From: Deinococcales bacterium | GTDB lineage: Bacteria; Deinococcota; Deinococci; Deinococcales; JAAFIG01 | Length of the DNA: 13,828 bases | Reading direction: 5' to 3' | Assembly: GCA_031414595.1 (NCBI GenBank) | Contig: JANNVX010000027.1 | Coordinates: 1 to 13,828, forward strand | In this document: piece by piece, positions 1-7,648 of the stretch | How positions within the stretch are numbered: the first letter of the stretch is position 1 | Layout of the letters: every line of letters starts with the position of its first letter | Translations under genes and position numbers: made by a program | The notes under the pieces: model-generated | Seen by the model: the letters and a program-made list of their open reading frames with translations, nothing else | Database searches by the model: none | Told to the model about the DNA's origin: nothing

Positions 1-111
1 GTGTTGCGGAATACGAAGTGGTATTGCTCTGATTGGTTTATGGAGATTGCTTGTGGTTTGCATAACCTTCGCTGTGCTTTTCGCAAACGGGCTTTGCGGA
101 AATCGAGCTAG
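1..111 (+). CDS. C-terminal fragment of an IS5-family (ISL2-like, DDE_Tnp_4) transposase, 5' part outside the window
   Basis: Frame +1 reads VLRNTKWYCSDWFMEIACGLHNLRCAFRKRALRKSS* (TAG 109-111). D-x-x-MEIACGLHNLR resembles the C-terminal motif of DDE_Tnp_4 transposases. It is absent from the ORF track because it is partial. Confidence 0.75.
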   Translation: MLRNTKWYCSDWFMEIACGLHNLRCAFRKRALRKSS

Positions 112-133
112 TTTCTTATTTCCGATAACGTCT
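1..133 (+). mobile_element. Right end of an IS5-like insertion sequence inserted in hsdR
   Basis: The transposase stop is followed by a putative terminal IR (TTATTTCCGATAACGTCT, 116-133). HsdR similarity stops exactly at this junction (133/134, +/-1-3 nt depending on target duplication, e.g. TAA 133-135). Confidence 0.7.
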
Positions 134-451
134 AATATAATTATCATGGATTTTACGGCTTTTCTCGAGCATATTATCGCTGGGTTTATCCAAATACTCG
201 GCAACAAAACGCCGCCACTCAGCCTCTGAAAACAACACATTATTCAGATTTTGCAACTGCACCCGCAGATTAGCCAGCATTGTTTCGGGGTTGGTCAGTT
301 CGGGGCGGTACTCGTAGCCTTGGTTGACCAAATCCTGAACCAGTTCCCGTTCCAAATCGGCTTCGCTCTGATAACCACTGCCTAGCTGGTCAATTTTGGT
401 GTATTTATCCAAAACAATAAAATTATTGGATTCCGCAATGGGTGTCATCAT
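116..451 (-). pseudogene. hsdR: Type I restriction endonuclease subunit R (EcoR124I-like), N-terminal fragment truncated by an IS
   Basis: [13 protein letters not shown]...[15 protein letters not shown]...[13 protein letters not shown]...EWRRF...KIHDNYI matches the EcoR124I-type HsdR N-terminus. It then reads RRYRK* from IS sequence, whereas full HsdR is about 1000 aa. AGGAG lies upstream. Confidence 0.9.
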
Positions 452-494
452 TTGCTACACGCTCCTATCAGGTCTTTAAGTTCTCGAGAAGTGA

Positions 495-500
495 ATTCTA
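495..500 (-). promoter_or_regulatory. Putative -10 element (TAGAAT) for hsdR
   Basis: Minus strand reads GGG-TAGAAT about 45 nt upstream of the hsdR ATG, with an AGGAG Shine-Dalgarno in between. Confidence 0.4.
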
Positions 501-529
501 CCCATGAAACGCATAAATTTTAGTATCTT

Positions 530-1450
530 CTAAGAAATTTTGTTCTGCTCGAGAATTTCGGCACTCAGTCCTGTACTGGCTTGGATTTCTAGTAAGGTTT
601 GTCCGGCTGCTCTTAGAATTCGGGCAATCTCGAGCAGTTTTTGCTCGGCTCTGGCTTTCTCCTCGAGAATTCCAGCTTCTCGACCCTCAGCAATTCCAAC
701 TTCTCGCCCTTTTGCTTCTCCCTCGAGCAGTCCTTCTTGTCTTGCTGACTTGAACGCCGAATAATTATCCCGCATGATTTTTAAGCTCTGGTCGTAGGTG
801 TCCAGTTCATTCGGCTCGAGATTCGCGTATTTAGCTGTTTCAAAAGCCGATAGAAACGCTTCTTCCTTAAACAGTTCTGGAATTTGTTGCAAGTCACTTA
901 AATTCTTTAAGAAGTACAACCACTTATCAAGGCGTGTTTCTAACTTCTCGAGTGGCTTATTAAAATTCGGCATCTCGAGATAAATAAAGGTTAATTTTTT
1001 GTAGAATACTTGGTTGTTCTGGTCTTTGAGTTCAACCGTATGAACCACTTCGGTACGATTGGCTTTGTTGTCATCGAAGGTAAAACCTAAAACACCAACG
1101 CAATACACAGGTTGAAGCAAGTAATCCCAGTCTCCTTGCTTACCTTGGTCTTGAATCGGGAAGCTCGAGTAATAGATGGTTCTGTCCTTGAAGTTAATTT
1201 GTTTTACTTTTTGCAACTCAACTATAAAATACTCACCATTTTCGCCACGGCAATAAATGTCGTAAACGGCTTTACGTTCATCTGCGGAGCGTGGGAGTTG
1301 CTCGAGGTTCTTGAAACTCAAATCGGCTATTTTGGCTTCATCTGGCAGCAATGAATTAAGGAAATCAATCAAATGCGGCTTAGACGCTTCTTCCCCAAAG
1401 ATTTTTTTGAATCCAAAATCAGTAAAAGGATTGATGAAGGTCGTGAACAT
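530..1450 (-). CDS. Rpn family recombination-promoting nuclease / PD-(D/E)XK transposase-like protein (PDDEXK_2)
   Basis: N-terminal FINPFTDFGFKKIFG, catalytic YDIYC...FIVELQ, DRTIYYS, FIYLEMPNF, LDKWLYFLKN and the C-terminal EG-rich repeat (RQEGLLEGEAKGREVGIAEGREAG) followed by I..TGLS.. Confidence 0.92.
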   Translation of the reverse strand: MFTTFINPFTDFGFKKIFGEEASKPHLIDFLNSLLPDEAKIADLSFKNLEQLPRSADERKAVYDIYCRGENGEYFIVELQKVKQINFKDRTIYYSSFPIQDQGKQGDWDYLLQPVYCVGVLGFTFDDNKANRTEVVHTVELKDQNNQVFYKKLTFIYLEMPNFNKPLEKLETRLDKWLYFLKNLSDLQQIPELFKEEAFLSAFETAKYANLEPNELDTYDQSLKIMRDNYSAFKSARQEGLLEGEAKGREVGIAEGREAGILEEKARAEQKLLEIARILRAAGQTLLEIQASTGLSAEILEQNKIS

Positions 1451-1456
1451 GTTAAA

Positions 1457-1462
1457 ATCGTA
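1457..1462 (-). promoter_or_regulatory. -10 element TACGAT, leaderless start of rpn
   Basis: TACGAT-tttaac-ATG (6-nt spacer), no Shine-Dalgarno. Confidence 0.55.
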
Positions 1463-1497
1463 ACCGAAGACAGTTTATTTTCCAAGAGCTAAAACGC

Positions 1498-2691
1498 TTA
1501 GACCCCCACCACTAATTTAGGAAAACTAAGCAGCAATTCGCGGTAATACTCGTACTGCTGTTGGCGCTGCGCGATTTCAAGCGGCAACCCTTCGGTGATG
1601 GAATTGGTCAGGGCATCGAATTTATCCAAGATAGCCACGATTCGGGCTTGAGTCTCGAGGGGCGGGACGGGGATGCGAATTTTTTCAATTCCACTCACCA
1701 ATAATCTATTCACTTTTCCTCGAGAAACATGTTTCGCTTTTTCATCAATGAATGCAGATGTTTGCATTGCATAGGAAATATATTTTGGATTCATCGAATG
1801 GCGAAAAGCATAGCTGTCGTCGTGAATAGCCACTTTTTCAGTTCCAATCCAAGCAACAGCTTTACCAACATCTTCAACAGTCTCACCAACTCCTGCCATA
1901 ACAACATCATTAGGCTGTGCATAGCGCAATGAATCTGCCATGTCAAACCGAACTTTAGATACTGTGTGAGCCGTCCAAACACCGTACTGAGTGTATATCT
2001 CACCGTAGTGAATAACACTGATACCATCTTCGACATAATCAGCTTTAGTAAATCGCTTGCCGCGAATAAATTCGCCAATCTGCCCTAACGGTTTCCATTC
2101 TGCTTGCCCATCTTCAAAGGTTAAAAGCTGGTTGCGGTAGTAGGCGTATTGCTTTTTGCGGGCTGTAAGCTCCGCTGTAAGCTCCGCAAATGTATCCAAT
2201 ATACAAACAATTTTCGCTTGAATCTCGAGGGGCGGGATAGGGATTTGATACTCCAGTATTTTATCTTTATTGCCTCGAGGCATTTTTGCCCCTTTAGCAT
2301 GTTGCATGTTGTAATCGAAAAATTTATCGTCTGCCAAAACTTGATACAAATATCGAGAATCAACTTTCTTGTCGGTTATGTGTATTACAAGAACATCTCC
2401 ATTTGTGCCACCAATACAATCGGCGTGCCAGATTTTCTTTAAGTAAGGACGAATATTACCAATTAAAATATCACCAACACCATAACCCGTTAAATTACCT
2501 TCTGTTGGTACATAGTTTGATTGTGTTTTACCGCTTCGATTTTGTAGGAGATTATCAACGCCCACATAATTTGACTCGTCAAGTATATTAGAACTAATCC
2601 GCGTTCTCGAGTATTCAGCCACTTTCCTTAACGGTTTCCATTCCACCGTCACACCCTCGAGCAACCTGCCCATAAACGTTTGCTGGCTCAT
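1498..2691 (-). CDS. hsdS: Type I restriction-modification specificity subunit S (type IC)
   Basis: Two TRDs, each framed by EWKPL and IP(I/V)PPLE.QA.IV.ILD.F. Central TAEL linker with RKKQY, and C-terminal [26 protein letters not shown] overlap with the hsdM stop. Confidence 0.95.
   Translation of the reverse strand: MSQQTFMGRLLEGVTVEWKPLRKVAEYSRTRISSNILDESNYVGVDNLLQNRSGKTQSNYVPTEGNLTGYGVGDILIGNIRPYLKKIWHADCIGGTNGDVLVIHITDKKVDSRYLYQVLADDKFFDYNMQHAKGAKMPRGNKDKILEYQIPIPPLEIQAKIVCILDTFAELTAELTARKKQYAYYRNQLLTFEDGQAEWKPLGQIGEFIRGKRFTKADYVEDGISVIHYGEIYTQYGVWTAHTVSKVRFDMADSLRYAQPNDVVMAGVGETVEDVGKAVAWIGTEKVAIHDDSYAFRHSMNPKYISYAMQTSAFIDEKAKHVSRGKVNRLLVSGIEKIRIPVPPLETQARIVAILDKFDALTNSITEGLPLEIAQRQQQYEYYRELLLSFPKLVVGV
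2162..2187 (-). repeat. 12-bp tandem repeat (two copies + 2 nt) encoding the AELT/TAEL spacer linker of HsdS
   Basis: GCTGTAAGCTCC at 2162-2173 and 2174-2185, protein [15 protein letters not shown]. Confidence 0.85.
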
Positions 2692-4229
2692 GCTTCTATC
2701 TCGGCAATAATGGCATCTATTTCGGTTCGGAGGCGGTCTATTTTGGTAACGGTGGTTTTTAAGTTACTGTTCAGGGTTGTAATATTCACCACTTCTCGAG
2801 TGTCCTTGGCTTGTACATACGAACTTACTGAAAGGTTGTAGTCGTTGCTTTCTATGGTCTCGAGGTCAACCGATTTGGCTAGGTGTTCAACATCGGTTTT
2901 ATCATCAAAAATCTGCATAATTTGGTCTATGTGGTCTTCGGTTAGCATGTTGTTATTGGTTTCTTTTTTGAAGAATCCACTGGCATCTATAAACTGGGTT
3001 CTCGAGTCTGGTTTGTGTTTAGATAGCACCAAGATACACACTGAAATGGTTGTGCCATAAAACAGGTTTGGGGCTAATGAAATCACGGTTTCTACAAAGT
3101 TATTGTCTACCAAGTATTGTCGGATTTTTTGTTCCGCCCCGCCCCTATAAAAGATACCGGGGAAACAAACGATTGCGGCACGTCCTTTGCTTGACAAGTA
3201 ACTGAGCGCATGAAGCACAAAAGCAAAATCGGCTTTGGATTTGGGGGCTAGAACACCTGCTGGGGCAAAACGGTCATCGTTTATCAGGGTTGGGTCGTCG
3301 CTGCCAATCCAATTGACCGAATAGGGCGGGTTTGAAACGATTGCATCAAAGGGTTTTTGGTCGCCAAAATGTGGGTCTAGGAGCGTGTTGCCCAAGGCGA
3401 GGTTGAACTTGTCGTAGTTGATGTTGTGTAAGAACATGTTCATTCGCGCTAGGTTGTAAGTGGTGTGGTTGATTTCCTGACCGAAGAATCCTTCTTCGAT
3501 GATGTGGGCATCGAAGTGTTTTTTGGCTTGTAGCAGCAAAGAACCAGAACCCGCCGCAGGGTCATAAATTTTATTAACGGTGGTTTGTTTGTGCATGGCG
3601 AGTTGGGCAATCAGTTTGGAAACATTTTGTGGAGTGAAAAATTCACCGCCCGATTTACCCGCGTTGGCGGCATAGTTGGAGATTAAAAACTCGTAGGCAT
3701 CGCCGAAGAGGTCAATCTGGTTGTCTTCAAAATTGCTAAAACTTAGTCCTGCAACACCTTTAAGAACGGCAGTCAAACGGAAATTCTTGTCTTTGACGGT
3801 GTTGCCTAGGCGGTTACTGGTGGTGTCAAAATCGGCAAACAAACCTTTAATGTCTGTTTCTGAAGGGTAGCCGTTGGCAGAGCTTTCTATTGCCAAAAAA
3901 ATTTCTTTGAGTTCGGTGTTTAGGTTCTCGTTGTCTTTGGCTCTTAAAGACACGTTCAAAAAAAGCTGGCTTGGGTAAATAAAATAGCCTTTGGTTTTGA
4001 TCGCATCGTCTTTTATTTCTGCCAAGATGTCAGCATCAAGCATCTTGGCGTAGTTGATGCTTTCGTCGCCACCTTCGATGTACCTTGTAAAGTTTTCGCT
4101 GATAAAACGGTAAAAAAGAGTCCCTAGGACATACTGCTTAAAATCCCATCCATCTACTGAACCGCGTACATCGTTGGCTATTTTCCAGATTTGGGCTTGT
4201 AATTCGGCGCGTTGGGCTGTGCTTGTCAT
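2688..4229 (-). CDS. hsdM: Type I restriction-modification methyltransferase subunit M (N6-adenine)
   Basis: [38 protein letters not shown]-binding [11 protein letters not shown] and catalytic NPPY. Start reassigned to ATG 4229 ([10 protein letters not shown]) because AGGAG lies 8 nt upstream and HsdM-like sequence begins there. Confidence 0.95.
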   Translation of the reverse strand: MTSTAQRAELQAQIWKIANDVRGSVDGWDFKQYVLGTLFYRFISENFTRYIEGGDESINYAKMLDADILAEIKDDAIKTKGYFIYPSQLFLNVSLRAKDNENLNTELKEIFLAIESSANGYPSETDIKGLFADFDTTSNRLGNTVKDKNFRLTAVLKGVAGLSFSNFEDNQIDLFGDAYEFLISNYAANAGKSGGEFFTPQNVSKLIAQLAMHKQTTVNKIYDPAAGSGSLLLQAKKHFDAHIIEEGFFGQEINHTTYNLARMNMFLHNINYDKFNLALGNTLLDPHFGDQKPFDAIVSNPPYSVNWIGSDDPTLINDDRFAPAGVLAPKSKADFAFVLHALSYLSSKGRAAIVCFPGIFYRGGAEQKIRQYLVDNNFVETVISLAPNLFYGTTISVCILVLSKHKPDSRTQFIDASGFFKKETNNNMLTEDHIDQIMQIFDDKTDVEHLAKSVDLETIESNDYNLSVSSYVQAKDTREVVNITTLNSNLKTTVTKIDRLRTEIDAIIAEIEA

Positions 4230-4275
4230 TTTTTTACTCCTGATGACGAGTTTAACGCATTTTTGCACAACAAGC

Positions 4276-4306
4276 CTCGAGCAGAGGCATATGGCTTTTG
4301 CTCGAG
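4276..4306. repeat. Imperfect inverted repeat / hairpin closed by two CTCGAG sites, between mazF and hsdM
   Basis: CTCGAGCAGAGGC-ATATG-GCTTTTGCTCGAG: 13-bp arms with two G-T pairs on the + strand. Confidence 0.55.
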
Positions 4307-4321
4307 AAATAGCCATTAAGT

Positions 4322-4645
4322 TCAGAATGTATCTAAGCCCAAAGCAAAAATGGCTGCTCTTTGTACTTCCCGCAATCTGGTACGACTTAAATCCGTAATG
4401 AATTCACCCAAAGTTTCTTTAGGCACAGTTTGGAGGTTATCAAAAGAAATGGCTGACCGTTCAATCAGACCATCAAATGTTTCTAGTGTGACTTGCGATG
4501 CAATCCCTCGAACTCGAGTGGTGAGCGGTGCAACGGTTAGGTTTTGTAAATGAGGAATCAGTTCATCACGAGTTAAAATCATGACAGGGCGTTCTTTTTC
4601 GAGGTCGCACCAGCAAATATCACCGCGCCGCCATGCTCGAGTCAC
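4322..4645 (-). CDS. mazF: Type II toxin, PemK/MazF family endoribonuclease
   Basis: [22 protein letters not shown]...[30 protein letters not shown] overlap with the antitoxin stop. Confidence 0.9.
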   Translation of the reverse strand: MTRAWRRGDICWCDLEKERPVMILTRDELIPHLQNLTVAPLTTRVRGIASQVTLETFDGLIERSAISFDNLQTVPKETLGEFITDLSRTRLREVQRAAIFALGLDTF

Positions 4646-4866
4646 ACATCACCCCAAGCTCGTTTTTTTGGTTGCCAAGTATCGGTTTCGGGTTGCTCGA
4701 GAAAACTCTGGCGATGCGCTACTTCCCACATTTGGTTCTGACGGCGTTTTAGTTCGGCTTGGAGGGCAATGCGAATAAAGGCACTACGGGTTTCACGGGA
4801 TTGTTCGGCGGCGGCATCTACAGCAAGCAGAAGTGGTTCATCCAGTGTCATTTGCACAGTTTTCAT
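4642..4866 (-). CDS. Ribbon-helix-helix (CopG-like) antitoxin of the MazF toxin
   Basis: MKTVQMTLDEPLLLAVDAAA....TRSAFIRIAL is an RHH signature; 74 aa, directly upstream of and overlapping mazF. Confidence 0.88.
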   Translation of the reverse strand: MKTVQMTLDEPLLLAVDAAAEQSRETRSAFIRIALQAELKRRQNQMWEVAHRQSFLEQPETDTWQPKKRAWGDV

Positions 4867-4872
4867 AAGGGG

Positions 4873-4878
4873 ATTTTA
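4873..4878 (-). promoter_or_regulatory. -10 element TAAAAT (TG just upstream), leaderless start of the antitoxin gene
   Basis: tgtgg-TAAAAT-cccctt-ATG (6-nt spacer). Confidence 0.6.
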
Positions 4879-4965
4879 CCACATAAAAATGTTGAAGACC
4901 CTGATTTAAGCAGTAATCCTCCTGCCCTGCCTAAAACTCGAGAAAACCCCAAGGTTAATTTGGGT

Positions 4966-4971
4966 TAGACT
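4966..4971 (+). promoter_or_regulatory. -10 element TAGACT, leaderless start of the aldo/keto reductase gene
   Basis: TAGACT-aagccc-ATG (6-nt spacer), no Shine-Dalgarno. Confidence 0.6.
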
Positions 4972-4977
4972 AAGCCC

Positions 4978-5997
4978 ATGACCACTTATCGGCGTTTGGG
5001 CAATTCTGGTTTGCATCTTTTTGCATTAGGACTCGGTACAATGCAGTTTGGTTGGACGTGCGACGAAGCGCGTTCGTTTGAAATTATGGATGCTTACTTC
5101 GCGGCGGGTGGAAATTTTATTGACACTGCCGATATTTACAGTTCTTGGGCAGAAAATAACGCTGGTGGCGTGTCTGAAGAAATCATTGGGCGTTGGGTTA
5201 AGGCTCAAAATAATCGTGACCAGTTGGTGCTTGCCACCAAGGTGCGCGGTGCAATGGGAACGAATTTTTCGCAAGGGCGCAACACCATCCATCAGCGTGA
5301 AGGTTTATCCAGAAAATGGATTCTAAAAGCCTGTGAGGACAGCTTAAAACGCTTGCAAACCGATTATATTGATTTGTACCAAGTTCATTGGGTGGACACC
5401 GAAACCCCAATCGAAGAAACATTATCTGCCCTGACCGATTTGGTCAAAAAAGGCTATGTGCGCTACATCGGCTGTAGTAATTTTAGTGCTTGGCGTTTAA
5501 TGCAGTCGCTCTGGGCATCGGATAAGCACAACCTAGAAAAATTTATTAGTATCCAACCCGAATACAGTCTGGTGCAACCGACCCGAGCCAATTTTGAACG
5601 CGAACTGGCGAAGGTCTGTCTCGAGTACGGCATTGGTGTGATTCCGTACAGTCCGTTAGCGGCTGGGTTTTTAACCGGTAAATACCGCCGTGGGCAACCC
5701 CTGCCAGACAGCGTGCGGGCGGGTGGCATTGGCTCGAGCCGAATGAATGAACAGAATTTAGATTTGATTGAAAAACTGGTAGAAATTGCGGCTGAACACA
5801 ACACAACCGCTACTCGAGTGACACTGGCTTGGATGTTAGCCCAGCCATTTATGAGTGCGCCAATTATTGGGGCAAACAACACCACGCAATTGGCGGATTC
5901 TCTTGGGGCAATAGACTTAAGCCTGACAGAAGACCAAATCAAGGCAATTTCTAGCGTCTCAGACTGGACTCGTGCCAGAACTGACCTCGAAAACTAA
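4978..5997 (+). CDS. Aldo/keto reductase (NAD(P)H-dependent)
   Basis: [86 protein letters not shown]. Confidence 0.95.
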   Translation: MTTYRRLGNSGLHLFALGLGTMQFGWTCDEARSFEIMDAYFAAGGNFIDTADIYSSWAENNAGGVSEEIIGRWVKAQNNRDQLVLATKVRGAMGTNFSQGRNTIHQREGLSRKWILKACEDSLKRLQTDYIDLYQVHWVDTETPIEETLSALTDLVKKGYVRYIGCSNFSAWRLMQSLWASDKHNLEKFISIQPEYSLVQPTRANFERELAKVCLEYGIGVIPYSPLAAGFLTGKYRRGQPLPDSVRAGGIGSSRMNEQNLDLIEKLVEIAAEHNTTATRVTLAWMLAQPFMSAPIIGANNTTQLADSLGAIDLSLTEDQIKAISSVSDWTRARTDLEN

Positions 5998-6007
5998 GAA
6001 CAACCTG

Positions 6008-6013
6008 TAGAAT
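6008..6013 (+). promoter_or_regulatory. -10 element TAGAAT, leaderless start of the GSPII/MshEN gene
   Basis: TAGAAT-gtgttt-ATG(6020), 6-nt spacer. Confidence 0.6.
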
Positions 6014-6019
6014 GTGTTT

Positions 6020-7540
6020 ATGTTCATACTTTCCGAGGCAAATCAGAAACTAGCCGATTTACTGCTTGGTCAAGAAATTCTAACCGCTTCGGAATTAAAG
6101 CAAATACTCGAGCAGCACAGTTTAATCGGTGGGCGATTAGCCGATTTTTTAGTAGATACAGCTATTGTCCCAGAAGCCTCGTTGTTGCGCTTATACCAAA
6201 GGGCTTATGATTTTGAATTGGTTGGTTTTTCTAGCCTAGAAACGATTGACCGCCAAGTGGCTCGGATTATTCCAGCCCATTTGGCACAACTACAAATGAT
6301 CATTCCTTTTGCCCAAGAAGGCTTGGATATTCATTTGGCTTGTCTCGAGCCACCAGACTTAGAAGCCTTAGCCCAAATGAAGGGTTTAATCGGTAAGCAT
6401 ATCCAAGTGTTTTTAGCCCCAAGGGATTTAATGCGTTGGGCAATTGCTAAACATTACCCAGAATTATTTTTAACCCCAGCCAATCCAAATAGTCTGCGCG
6501 ACCCATTCGAGAACCGCATCGGACACCGTTTAATTGCCGAAGGTTTACTGACCGAATCGCAACTCGAGGAAGCACTGTTAGAACGCACCCCCGGTAAGGC
6601 TGGGCGGACTGGCGAATTACTAATGCGGATGGGCTATATCGCCGAGGATGACTTATACCGTTCTTTGGCAGCGCAAACGAAAATTCCATTCGTCAAAATC
6701 CCGCTCGAGTACAGCATTCCTAGTGCTGTGGCAGGGCTTTTTACTCGAGCCGATGTGATGCGCTGGCAGAGTATTCCAGTCTTTGAAGACCAAACCAGCA
6801 TTACTATTTTGACCAGCGAACCCAATATAATTGCTGACCTTGAGCCACTTTTTGATCGCAGCCTGACCCCGATGATTTCCACACCGACGCAAATTAAATT
6901 TTTAGCCCAACAACTCGAGACCGAGGATAAACCCTTGGTGCGCTTATTGTTAAAAACACACCTGCGGCTCGAGCAACGCGCCAAAGCCTTGATACACGCC
7001 CAAGAACACAACTTAGAACTGACCGAAGCGCTCTTAGAACTTGGTTTTGTCAGCCACGCAAACCTAGAAGCAGCACGTATTGCCATCCCCAGCGAACAAG
7101 TGATTCCAACCGAACAACCTTGGGAACTCTCATTCTCGGGACGCTTAGCCCATACCTTAGCCGAGCAACTTGGGGTGACTTATGTTGACCCAACAGAAAA
7201 CCCACCAGATTTAAGTTTGAGTTCTTTAATCCCAGAAAAAACCATGCGTCAATACTCGTTGTTCCCGTATCAAAAAACCATCGCTGGTTTAGCTGTGTTG
7301 ATGACCGACCCAAGAAACATTTTTGCGCTCAACGACTTAGAAGCCTTGCTCGAATTACCCATAGAACCCGTGATGGCGGACAGACTCGAGATTGAAAAAC
7401 TGATAGATGCTGCCTTTAGCACCTTAGTGACACTCGAAAACATTGAACCAATACCAGAAACACCCGAAGCCACCATTCGGCGTCACATCCGCGAAGAACT
7501 CGAGACCTTTCGTAAGCAATTGTTGCTTGATTTGCGGTAA
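6020..7540 (+). CDS. Protein made of tandem GSPII_N / T2SSE_N (MshEN) modules, without an ATPase domain
   Basis: Three repeats of helical MshEN-like pair + IP..(A)....(I/L)PF subdomain. The best motif is RIGHRLIAEGLLTESQLEEALLE...RTGELLMRMGYIAEDDLYRSLAAQ, and a late module has LAEQLGVTYVD...LIPEKTMRQYSLFPY...MTDPRNIFALNDL. No Walker A GxxGxGK(T/S). Start set to ATG 6020 on the leaderless promoter. Confidence 0.8.
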   Translation: MFILSEANQKLADLLLGQEILTASELKQILEQHSLIGGRLADFLVDTAIVPEASLLRLYQRAYDFELVGFSSLETIDRQVARIIPAHLAQLQMIIPFAQEGLDIHLACLEPPDLEALAQMKGLIGKHIQVFLAPRDLMRWAIAKHYPELFLTPANPNSLRDPFENRIGHRLIAEGLLTESQLEEALLERTPGKAGRTGELLMRMGYIAEDDLYRSLAAQTKIPFVKIPLEYSIPSAVAGLFTRADVMRWQSIPVFEDQTSITILTSEPNIIADLEPLFDRSLTPMISTPTQIKFLAQQLETEDKPLVRLLLKTHLRLEQRAKALIHAQEHNLELTEALLELGFVSHANLEAARIAIPSEQVIPTEQPWELSFSGRLAHTLAEQLGVTYVDPTENPPDLSLSSLIPEKTMRQYSLFPYQKTIAGLAVLMTDPRNIFALNDLEALLELPIEPVMADRLEIEKLIDAAFSTLVTLENIEPIPETPEATIRRHIREELETFRKQLLLDLR

Positions 7541-7561
7541 TTGAGGCATTTAAGTTACAAT
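7532..7561 (+). promoter_or_regulatory. Putative sigma70 promoter of the permease-glnA4 cluster
   Basis: TTGCGG (7532-7537), 18-nt spacer, TACAAT (7556-7561). Confidence 0.5.
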
Positions 7562-7648
7562 TCAGGGGTTCGCTGGCTCACACACTACGCTCGAGGTGCT
7601 TATCTGCCTCGTTATTTTTGTATAGCCAACGACCAAGGAGGGAATTGC

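Noticed and set aside
47-229. 60-aa plus-strand ORF across the IS-hsdR junction
   Set aside because: It is out of frame with the transposase, antisense to hsdR and spans two unrelated sequences.
4230-4316. 29-aa N-terminal extension of HsdM in the ORF track
   Set aside because: It has no HsdM-like character and spans an intergenic hairpin, while a strong Shine-Dalgarno precedes ATG 4229.
4945-4966. Short inverted repeat AACCCCAA...TTTGGGTT in the divergent promoter region as TA operator
   Set aside because: It is imperfect, short and about 70 nt from the antitoxin promoter, too weak to call.
6020-7540. Calling the gene pilB/pilF/gspE
   Set aside because: No Walker A/B or other ATPase motifs are present, and no frameshifted continuation follows the stop.
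7561-7640. ykkC/guanidine riboswitch or ANTAR twin-hairpin assignment for the permease leader
   Set aside because: There is only a loose CAGGGGTTCG resemblance; the conserved 3' ykkC motif, ACGR loops and paired ANTAR hexaloops are not present.
7541-7648. TTG-started N-terminal extension of the permease
   Set aside because: It overlaps the predicted promoter and leader; AAGGAGG points to ATG 7649.
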